A stretch of DNA of 63,649 nucleotides from Guillardia theta CCMP2712. Taxonomy: Eukaryota > Protista > Cryptophyta. How positions within the stretch are numbered: position 1 is the first letter of the stretch; every line of letters starts with the position of its first letter. This document shows positions 1-17,451 of the stretch, one piece after another. The DNA lies in NCBI RefSeq assembly GCF_000315625.1, contig NW_005434651.1, positions 602,045 to 665,693 on the forward strand, given 5' to 3'. Under the pieces are notes generated by a model. It was not told the DNA's origin. It made no database searches and saw only the letters and a list, made by a program, of their open reading frames with translations. The position numbers were made by a program, and so were the translations under genes.

Positions 1-141
1 AGGAGTGCCGATCAGGTCCCAAGCATCGAGAGGCCATCGGTGATAGGACAGTCGGAGCAGGTCGTCGTCCTCCGGCTCCGGAAGCAGAGCGGCAGCGAGC
101 TCGGAGGAGGAGGGAGCACGTGTGAGGCTGCAGGGGTCCAT
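1..141 (-). CDS. 5' end of a hypothetical protein running off the window start
   Basis: ATG at 141-139 opens a stop-free frame to position 1 (MDPCSLTRAPSSSELAAALLPEPEDDDLLRLSYHRWPLDAWDLIGTP); no domain recognised. Confidence 0.4.
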   Translation of the reverse strand, partial: MDPCSLTRAPSSSELAAALLPEPEDDDLLRLSYHRWPLDAWDLIGTP

Positions 142-2766
142 GCTGGGTTAGGGTTGGCTGTGGCTGAGGTCGATTATATAGACCAACAGATTTTTTTTAA
201 AAATTGGTTTTGAAAGGCGCTTGCAGGCAGTCACGTCACCTTCGGAGGCCATGCTTGTGGGCGCCTACCCCCTACCCCCGCTCCGTCCTTATGATCTACC
301 GGTCTGCTGTTGCCGTATGGGGATAACGATTTATGGCTTGTTTACTACAAGGCGACACAGAAAGTTGCCGCTAAAATGACTTGTAGTACACTGAGTGGAT
401 GCTGACAGCACTCACTTATCTTTCTGGTTCATGGGCAAAAAAAAAGGTACGTTGACTTCAATGGTGGCCGCATCGCCCGGGGGACAGTCGGGGATCATGT
501 GGGTCGGACAACTAATCAATAATGATCGGGAGGCTCCGAGTTGTCCGGCCCGGGGCGAAGTGGACACCGGCCCGGCGAGAGACGGTCAGTGGTCATTGGA
601 GGCTCATAACCTTGTGGGGTGAAAATGTTGCAGTTGAGATGTTCCGAGCGATTAGAGTGGCGGCTGATCGGATGATGGGCTGAGATCGGACTGAGTGGGC
701 CGGGTCACCGTAACACCAGCCGAGAGTCCCGGAGTCACCGGTGCCGGCCGGGGTGAACTCGGAAGGCTTCGGCCCCACTCGCCCGGCCGGGCGCCGCCGG
801 GGCAGTGACGGACTGACTCACCGTGTTCCGAGTCACGATTTCTAACTCTCGGAACTTGACTGACCGTCGGACGGCGACGGCGGATCTTCAAGCTGGTCAC
901 CGTTCGCACCCAAGTTCCGAGTACCGTGACTTTCACGGTTGCCATGTTGCCGCAACAGTGCAAGTACTCAGTAGTACTGGGATGACTCAGATTTGTGTTG
1001 TCTGCTGTGCATAGAAGAATCTAACTTCACGCTGTCCTATCAAAGCCCGGCGGTACTACCGTAGGAATGCGGCTGCCTACCCAATCGAAGAGAATGCCTG
1101 AGAGCATGGTGCTGATCTGATGAGTGTGTGTGCTTAATCAACAGTGACCCTAAGATCATCTGAGCTCAAGGTCTTACGCAAGGTTGTGAATACAACATAT
1201 GGTAGCAGCAAACTGTTGAAAGTGAAAAGATCGCGTAAGGCTCAGACCAGTGAACGAAGGATTGCAAGATCTAAGGAACAAATCTCTGATCCAACTTTAC
1301 TCCACCCAAATGTTGGAGGTAAAACAAACAATTCCGATTTCCCCGTCCTTTTTCTGTAACGAAAAATGATGATGCAATTATGCAAGCTCGACCACAGCAG
1401 GATTCCCACCCAGCTTCTGGTGCTTGCCCATGTTGTTTTACGCCTGTACCAGCACCGTCTGTCTTCGCTAAGGAGTTTCCAGCTCCGCATAGCAGTGCTT
1501 TCCGTACGGAGGGACGGATGGGAAGAAGGAAGGGTGGGTTACGTGTAATCCGACGGGATCCAGGCACTCTTACAAGTATGAGTCGAAGTACTGCTCGAAC
1601 TGCCCCATCACATTGAAATCGAAATCTTGACGGTCGGCGTTTTCTCTGATCAATGAGGTTGAGTGCCTCAGGCTCGTAGTTACCGATGCTCTAGAACATG
1701 TAGAAACTCGTTGCAGGTAGAAAAGACTTGTAAGTGTCCGCCTGAGTACTTCACAAGACAGCAGGAAGGATTCTAAATCGCCAAATCATCGTCCCAGTCA
1801 CCGACACACGCTTGTCTGCGATCATGTGGGAACATGGATAGGTACTAAGAGACTCCTACTCGCACAATCTGGATATTGCCTCCAGGATGGCATATGCTGA
1901 ATGAAGGTATCAACTTTTCTGGACCGTATGATGATGGTCAACAAAGAAGATCAGATCTCCTCAGTCAGCTCTTGATTCTTATTCGCCCACGTACATTGCA
2001 AGAAGTTACACAAGGACAGCGGCTGGCTGTATCAGCATCTTACCATGCCGAAATTCAACCATGTTGGCAAGGAGTGCAGATTTCATTCCGACCAAATTAT
2101 TTCAAAATTTCAGTTTAAATTAGGAGGCGTTCTCGGGAAATCGCTGAAAATGTTTTAATTTTTTTCCAAACCCGACACCCGCTGAACCCGCATAGCGGAC
2201 ACGTCCATGGCGAAAGTCAAGGAAGAGGAAAGATGGTGGAGGGGAAAGGGAAAGGGAAAGGGAAAGGGAAAGCAGGGACGGAAGTTGGGAAAGAGGTAGG
2301 ATGAGGAGGAGAAGGAGCAGGAGGAGGAGGGAGGAAGGAGGAAAAGTAGGAGGAGTTGGAGGAGGAAGATGTTGAAATTTGTGTATGCACATATACATGA
2401 GTGTTCGAAGGCACTGAAGCGAAGAAAGAGGAATGGTCCATCCACCTTGAAGAGGATCCGGAGGATCGTTCAAGGCGGTGTAGTGGATTCTTCTCAGTTC
2501 CTGGGAGTCTTGACTTTGTAAGGGACGCGTCAGGCTGGGAGAGCTTGCTGAGCGAGCTCTGTGAAGACAGTAACTGACTAGACTGACTTATGGAACCTGA
2601 GTTTGATTGGAGTGATGAAAGAACTCTGTGATGGTGATATGAGCTCAGTCGTGCAGAAGGGTGGTACCTGACCGTATCAGCTTTGTGATCTTACAAACTC
2701 TCCCTGCCCGGGCTCACAACTGACATCTTGGTTGCCATACCAGAGTTCGAGGAGGGTTAACCATAG

Positions 2767-4638
<1,872 letters not shown>

Positions 4639-4656
4639 AGCGCTGGCAGCACGAGG

Positions 4657-9426
<4,770 letters not shown>

Positions 9427-10100
9427 CCCCTCCCGCTCCCAGTGGACCCTCAGCTTTCGAAATACGGGATTGACGGTTACAGAATCGGTTACAATGGTTG
9501 CTCCTCAACGAAGTCTGGGGTTGAGGGGTGATGAGGGGCAACAGCGACCTTTCATGCAAGCAGCGCAGGGAGAGGCAGCAGAGCAGAGAGAGGGGAGGGG
9601 AGGGAGAGGGGGAGAGACCAGAGGGACGAGGACAAGAGCACAGGTTAAGAGACAAGGGGGAGAGGGAGGGGGAGGGGGAGGGGGAGGAAATGTCAATCAA
9701 TGGGTCTTTCAGATGAAAATGGAGGTAGATGGTGGTGAGAGGAGTCAAATGTTGTGGAGGACAGAAAACATTTCTTCCGCAAACCAAAGAGATGATGCAA
9801 AGGGATTATAGCCGTGGTGCTTGTCATTGCAGCTGAATGGAGTGACGTTCATTGGATATTGATCGATAGCTAGTTGTTTGCTAGAAGCCTTGATCACTCG
9901 TTACTCTGTGAAGATAGGCATTACAGTAGCGGGCTTCCTTGTATACTAGGTGGTAGTGCGTGGCCGAAGGGAGCCAGGACTTGCCTTGATGGAGCTGCTA
10001 GACTTTTCATCTCTTTCACCTGACTGTCCTCTTTGCAGTTGTTGGCGCGCTGAGTCAGTCTTGAAACTTCCACTTGCCGCTTCTTCTCTGCTATCGAAGG

Positions 10101-10370
10101 ATGAGAGTTCTCTCCATCCTCTCCATGGTTGGCTATGGCGTTGGCTCGGAGACGTACGACAGCGTCTTCGATGATACTGCTCGAGAGCGCTGGACGTCGG
10201 GAGGGTCCACCTTGTACGACGTCTGTCCTCTGACAGCAGACTGCACGGGCGTGCCAGGAGGCGACACGTCCGGTTCAGGATCATCATCGGCTTCGAGCTT
10301 GCTGGGGATGATGGACAACTTTCATAACGATCAGTTCTGGAAGACCAACACCAGGTGGCATGCCGACTGA
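10101..10370 (+). CDS. Small hypothetical protein (~89 aa)
   Basis: ATG at 10101, frame MRVLSILSMVGYGVGSETYDSVFDD...WKTNTRWHAD with coding-like composition; no homology recognised. Confidence 0.35.
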   Translation: MRVLSILSMVGYGVGSETYDSVFDDTARERWTSGGSTLYDVCPLTADCTGVPGGDTSGSGSSSASSLLGMMDNFHNDQFWKTNTRWHAD

Positions 10371-10399
10371 TCTTCACTGCCCGAGGACATGGGAGGTGG

Positions 10400-10526
10400 A
10401 GAGGCGCGTGACCTGTTGTCTTGGTGAAGAGGGTGTTATCACGAACGTTAGTTCAAGATGCGTTGTTTAGGGATTACGATAGAATACAATCATGAACGAC
10501 AACACCTGGGGCTCCTCACCCTCCAA

Positions 10527-10565
<39 letters not shown>

Positions 10566-13156
10566 CTCATGCGAAAGTGCTGCAGGCAAGTCAGGGGATG
10601 CCAGTCCTGACGGGCATACATACCCTCTCAAGCTCCGATCGCCGTCGTCCTCCTGCTGGCAGACAAGACAGTCTCCGTTGGGAAACTTGAAGACAAACTG
10701 GCCGCGAACCCTGGACCTTTCTCAGCTCCCGGTCGTCGTCCTCTCAACATTAGAGTGACACTCACGCGTACTCCTCTAGCCGCGGGTTGGAGCCCACAAG
10801 GAGTCCGCGGACGGTGTAGAGCTGCAGGATGATTCGTTAGGATGCAGGGAAGAAGGTTGAGGTAAGGAAGGGCAGAGAAGATGGCAGAGCAGGAGTTATC
10901 AGAGCAGGGGATGCTGAGCTTGTGCAGCAGCAGGACAAGGAAGGAAGGAGGGTAGTTCTCACGTTGCTGGCTTTGGAGGACAAGGGTACTCGAGATTCAG
11001 GAGGCTCGCTCCGTCTCGAGGCACCCGACGGTCCATTTCGTTTCCTGTGGCACGAGGATAGAGGAAGGGGAGGAAGGGAGGCATGGATGGTACCTCTCGT
11101 TCTTGGCTGACTTGGGCGTCTCGTGCTGTAGATGAGTGAGGTCGTGAAGGTCGAAGGGAGGGGGAAGCAACCTTGGTCCCTTCGAAGCCTGACGAAGGAA
11201 GAGGAGGCTCGGAGGAACCTCTTCTCTGTCTGGCTTTGCGAGCTGAAAGACTGTAAGATGACAGGCAAGCAGGAGGCACAAGAGGTCGGACATGGAATCT
11301 GTGGAGTTTGCGATAGGAAGAGAGGGTTGGTGTAGAGGTCAGGGAGAGGAGGGGTGTGTCCTCCACTAGAGTCATCGCTCCTCTGCAGATGGGAAGGCGC
11401 TCCCTTCGCCCTAGGACGAGCCGCGTTCGCGGATCGGGGCTTCTCCCTATGGCGGGCTGCGTGTTGACGTCACTCACAAAGACAGCAAAACTTGCAAGAA
11501 CACTTGAGCCCTCGCTGAGTTCAATCTGAATCCCTCCCGGGTCGACGTCCGACGAGTTTTCCCTTCGAGGTGACTGGAGGGAATCAGCTGGACATTCAGG
11601 TGGAGATGGGGGACCTTGTACTTGGCGAGGGAATCGTAGAGATCGTCAGGCTTCTCGCGCTTGAGGTCCCTGGGAGTAAGGATAAGGAGGAGTATGCAGA
11701 GGGTGCGCATGCTACTGCATATATCGATCCCCGGGAAGGTTTCCTGCCCCAGTTGCCTGCTAAAGGCTGAGGAATACAACCTCTGATGGGAAGCAGCACA
11801 GCAGTCGACCTGCTTGACTCTTCTCCGACTCCCCCGCTGAGAGCAAGTGAGTTGGAGACACAGCCGGAGAGGCAAGGGACCGACCTTATCGTCCATCCTA
11901 GGATATCTCGATGAGGCATTGCTAGAGAAAAGCGAGTTCAATCTCCAGCGCCCTTGCCGCCTCCCCTAACCTTTCCATCGAGTTGTCCAGATGCTGCTCA
12001 GGGGCTCCCCGCCGCTGCGGCGGCATCGACATCGCCCTGAAACTTCCCTTTGAGATGGCTAGCTCTATCTTCTTTGCCAGACGCTTGACCCTCTTCGCGC
12101 TCTCTCCCAGGTCTAGAGATCCCAGCATCTCGTCCCAGCTGCAACCCTTCCGTATGAGGCTCTGCAGAGGAGGCAGAAATGTCAACCAGACTGCATGAAA
12201 GGAGAGTTGAGAAGTACTTTGACAGATTTCACCAGATTTTGCAGAGAGTCATAGCAGGCACGAAGATCAGACGATATTACATCTCTGTTCGAACTGGACT
12301 GCTGATACAACTCCTTCATCTCTTCCGTCTCTTTCTCGAATGAGGCAACCAGTAGCTCAGGAAGTATTTGACCATGTCGCGAGTTTGAATAGCACAGGCG
12401 TTGGGAATCTTGCTGGACGCGCCGCAGGAGTCTAAGCACGTCCTTTCCTCTCTCGACCTGCTCGTCTGGGTCCCTCATGTGTGACATGCCCTGAGGCTCG
12501 ACAGACATGTTTCTGCGAGAGCTCGCCTTGGGAAGACCATTGAGGATGGAATGTATGTTTCTGACCTCTTGATTATCCTGGCTCCCTTCATCGTGACTAC
12601 CGCGATCCTTCTTGTCGGCCCTCGAACGATGACGCATAGAGATCCTCCGCTTCTCATCATTCGCTTTAGTTGGATATCCCTCTGCACTCCTCCTGGCTTC
12701 CTCCCTCCTGCTCGGCTTCCTGCTGCCCGGTAACGGACTCCTGTCCTCTCGCTCGCTCCCGCCGACTGACCCCTCCCTCTCTTCCCTCCTCCTCGGCTTC
12801 CTGCTGCTCGGTAACGGACTCCTGTCCTCTCGCTCGCTCCCGCCGACTGACCCCTCCCTCTCTTCCCTCCTCCTCGGCTTCCTGCTGCTCGGTAACGGAC
12901 TCCTGTCCTCTCGCTCGCTCCCGCCGACTGACCCCTCCCTCTCTTCCCTCCTCCTCGGCTTCCTGCTGCTCGGTAACGGACTCCTGTCCTCTCGCTCGCT
13001 CCCGCCGACTGACCCATCCCTCTCCTCCCTCCTCCTCGGCTTCCTGCTGCCCGGTAACGGACTCCTGTCCTCTCGCTCGCTCCCACCGACTGACCCCTCC
13101 CTCTCCTCCCTCCGTCGCGGAGGCAACTTGCGGGAGAAACTGTCTTTTTGATACAT
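10400..13156 (-). CDS. Multi-exon hypothetical protein with N-terminal 27-aa R/E/S-rich repeats
   Basis: 324-aa ORF 12182-13156 plus downstream minus-strand exon-like segments with GT-AG boundaries; 3' end uncertain. Confidence 0.5.
12711..13113. repeat. Coding minisatellite, 5 x 81 bp
   Basis: Units start at 12711, 12792, 12873, 12954, 13035; minus frame encodes REEREGSVGGSEREDRSPLP(S/G)SRKPRR. Confidence 0.95.
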
Positions 13157-13803
13157 CGAGAAGGCGTGAAAATGTCGATGTCAAGTGGAAAGAAGTTGAA
13201 CTTGTGGCTTGCGATTCACGATATGGTCTTTCCTTGGAAAGATGCAAGCTCCCTATTTGAATTGCTTCATCGCTGACTGCAATAACACCTGTAATTCAAC
13301 ATTATCTGGTGTATCAAGAATTGATATGTTGCCATTTCAACTAAAGTACCAAAAGATCTGAGCCAAACTGAATAAACTTCCTGAAAGATCAGGTCCGACT
13401 AACTCCCTAATGCAAAATTTGATCACTCCTTTTCAACCCTCTTCTCCCATTCACAAACTTCCTCTCCTTCCTGTCCTCCTCTCCTCTCCCTCTCCTCTCT
13501 CCGCTTCCCCTCCTCGCACTTTACGTCTCTCCATCAGCTGACATAGCGGATATCATAGGTCAAAAATTCAAAGATACCGAGGACGGGTAGGGTACCCTTC
13601 GCTGGTTGATACAGGACAATGTTAGGTGGGGTGGGTAGATCAAGGAGGGTAGTTTTAATGGTTATCATGACCGGTGCTCTTGAAGCCAGGTATCAATGAA
13701 AATGCCGGGTCATTCTTGGTTGACTCCCGAACACTCCATGGTGCAGTCAACTTGCTGTTGACTGAGAAGCGCTATGATGTACAGTAATCTCACTATCGCC
13801 TCC

Positions 13804-16142
13804 TCAGATTTGGTTCGAGAGAGTCTTCACATCGTCCTCGGAGGGAGGGTGATCGGCAATGACCTGCTTCATACTTCCTGGCGTCTTTCCAGTGTCAAGT
13901 TCGATGTCCATACAGTAGCATTGGAAGATGGTGTCAATGCACATGTCCTGAGAGAGCATTCATCAGTCTCCTCGAGTCCTCGAGCATGCACTCACCCAAA
14001 CATCCATAAACGCGGAGGCAACACTGAAAGAGATCAACCCGACGATGGCTGTGGGGAAGACCGGCGCAGACGTCACATCGTTGAAGTTGCCTCCAACCAT
14101 GATCAGAGCGCAAAGAAACGTGGAAGCGATTGCGATAAAGAGCCTTCCTATGGCGATGAAAATTGTCGTCATCACATTCAAGGTTCCAATCCGTAGGCAG
14201 TTTCTCAAAATCAGCATAAACGCTGCTTTTGCTGATACCAAAAAGTTCGTTCCTCGTATCGCTGTTTGAATGTAAGCGTTCTTGTTGAGGAAATTCAAAA
14301 AGCGTTCCAAGCATGAAAGGCAACATTCGCCACAACATGCAAATATCTTGACCAGCGGGTTGTTTGGGTTCATCTTCTTCAGTTTGTACACGTAGTAGCG
14401 GAAGACCCATCGAATGAATTGCACGATAGCAATAATCAAGCTGCCGAATGCTGCGGTACCACCATGATATATCATAGTTCGCTTAGTTGACGATAACAGG
14501 GGAAGGACCAAGGTTCTCTTGTCAAACGCCAAGAACCACTTGAAACAAGCAAGATGTCAGTTAGCGCAGCGAGAAATAACAAAACATACCTCGGCTGTGG
14601 CTCCAGCAATGATGAGGTTTCCGCATGCAAGAATAAATGTCCTGCCCCAGAGAAGACCAAAGAAGTGATAAATGATCATCCTCTGAAGCGTAGTGTTCCA
14701 AACAAACTGATGCTGACTTGCCTCCCATGTTCCCGATGATGCTAGGTAAAGGAAGACAAATATCCACCACACGAACAACGCAACGGTGGCTGCCCATTGG
14801 AAAACAGGCAGCAGAAGCATACTGGGAACTTCCGCTAGACATTCAGTCGCAATTCCAATCACCTTGATGGCAGTGCTGATCCTTGGCAGCATCACCAAGA
14901 GGATGAGCGTGTAGGCAACCAAGGCTACTCCAGCCACTGCGGCTGCAGCAATCGTCATTCCTTGATTCGCTTGCGCAGGACCCAGTGAAACACTGGAAGC
15001 CAAGGCTGCACTCCCAGGGATTGTGTTTGCATTGATGAAGTGAGCCTTAATAGCGAGTACCAAGACAGCCGCTGCCAGCAGAAGCCATGTAGCAAGCAGG
15101 ATGATGTAGGATATGGGAGCTCCGAAAATCTTGAGGAAGAACGCGTAGACGAAGGCGATGACGAGGGCAATACCACCTGCCGCTACGATGATCCACTTTT
15201 GTTCTTGCACTTGATCTGAGAGGTAGGCGAAAGTCTGCGATGGAGTGTTGATCGCAGCAACAATGTAGCTTGGACTTTCCGATGACGCCGTTAAGTTGGA
15301 AGAGGATGTGGAGGATACCGACCCTGACCCCGTCGAAGGCACGCAACGATTGAAGCCCGACATGGGCGAGGAGGAGTAAGTCAGGAAGCAGAAAGCGTAA
15401 GGCTGGTTCTGACTGACGGTCTTTGTGGCAGGCACGTTGCTGTTGATGACTTGACTGCCCTGCCCTGTAAGTGCTCCTGTGCAGCAAGAATCGGAAGGTT
15501 GATTGCCACTTCCACAATCGCAAAGCGGGTTTTGGCTCAGACAAGAGTAGTACCCTGTTGCTGTTCCAGATTCTGGGCATTCGGTGTTTTGCGATGTTTT
15601 GAACGGCAAGATACACCTAAGATAGTTGGTCTTCTGTCAGGAGGATGAAACCCTTCAACACCGTCAAGACGACCTGATCTGCAATGAAGACGGTGGACAT
15701 ACGTCAACGCAGACCGACCATGTCAGATTGCTCGACGATGGTCGTGGATAATATCTGATGAATCAGTCAATCAAACATAAATGCAAAGTCAGAATAGAAC
15801 GATATACAGCAAAGTCTTGTTGGAATTGATTCCGGTCCCACAAGTTTGCCCGAGGAAGTCATAGCCATAATGAAGTCGGGGTGGCTGTCCATTGGAAAAG
15901 GCAAATATCCCCACGATGAGCATTCCGATCCAAAACACGATGAAGATCAAGCAACACAACATATCAGTACAGCCTCTGTGCTGCTTGATCTCGAAATCCT
16001 CGCCCTGTGGATTCAAAGAGCAAACAAGTCAAGACCGAATATCGGGTGGGAGATGCTGATGGCATACATTCTCCAACTTCAATGGACTCCCGCCCTTCTG
16101 GTCTATCTTTTGTCGCAGCTCCTCGTGAGCTTCACTCTCCAT
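13804..16142 (-). CDS. Choline transporter-like (CTL/SLC44 family) protein, paralog 1
   Basis: RGCTDMLCCLIFIVF, YGYDFLGQTCG, YHGGTAAFGSLIIAIVQ, CLERFLNFLNKNAYIQTAIRG, CIDTIFQCYCMD motifs; multiple TM segments. Confidence 0.93.
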
Positions 16143-17451
16143 CTTTGGAGTGCCGGGCTGTCCCTTTAGGATACGTCAGTGCTCGAGCTTTGAGAATCGA
16201 TAACTTCAAGCATGCGTAAAGCTAGGTTTGTTATTCATTGAGATAGCAAGCTGCTCTATCTCTTCAGGTGAAAGTCTAAGTTTTCTGGAGACAGGACACT
16301 CAAACTCGCGGCAGTCCCAGAGGCTGGAGATTCAAGCTGTTGTCTGATCTGCCTCATCACAAATACCTTCAATAATCCTATATCATTTGAATTCCTCTAA
16401 GACAACTTTATCTATTTCATGCTGAATTCGTTTTTTTCCTGTTTGATGTCTACAGAGGCAAGTATCTTACTGCGTCACGCCATGGGTCAGTTTCAAATGT
16501 TATTCTGGCAAGCATAACACCAACACGTCCTGCAGCCAACAAGATCCTACAAAGACGCTGAAGCTGACCATGAAACACTGTGTATCTTCTGCAGCACTCC
16601 CATCAACAATGCATTCAGACAACACACATCCCATTGGTCCTGAAATTGTTTGTCTCGGAACATAGTTCTTGGTCATCATCTTTGCAAAGTCATATGTTAG
16701 CTACATCCTTCTCCGCATTTCCCTGTTTCTTCCTTCATCATCCTTGCTCTATCTGCCGCGTGTGCGCATGCTGCTACAGCTGGCCCCTCCGGCGGACCTC
16801 TCCCAGCATTCGAGTCACTCCTGGTTACTACCCACCCCTGACTTCCCCTCCAGGCTGGACTTTAGATGAAAGAAGGGGTAGTGACACAATAGGATCATTC
16901 ATCAACTTCAACATCACCGGTCCTACACTACCACCACCGGTCCTTTTGACCTTCTTGATACCCCAGTCCGATAAACCCTGCGACTTCCGCCGGGTGCGGG
17001 ATCGATTGCCGTATGGTACAACTACCACCCCTACCATCCCAACATGACTACACCTTTGGTATCGCAGGGGGCCTATTAGGGGGTAGGGGTGGGGTTCACT
17101 TCTGACATGTGAGAGTAGTGACCGGTACTATTACAACTACCTCAAAGATACGCCTTGAACACTTAGGAAATTGTACGGTCACTGCCCGGGCCGCCGGGAC
17201 AAGCCAGCCGGGCCTCCTCCCCGCCGGGCCGGACCGCCGACTTTACTGACTATGTGTCTGATCGTGCCGCAGTACCGCCGCAGTGAGCCTCCGGGCAGCG
17301 CGCCGCCCGGACAACCGTTGTGTACCACCACCAACCATCGACTCGTTGAACTGTCGCAAGTTGATCGGACGCTCCTTGCACCCGCACTGCACCGCGAAAG
17401 TTGCCACATTTTCTTCTTCATTTACACTTTGAAATATCCCTACGAATGTGG

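Noticed and set aside
12711-13113. Possible CRISPR-like array
   Set aside because: Head-to-tail 81-bp units without unique spacers, in-frame coding, no cas genes
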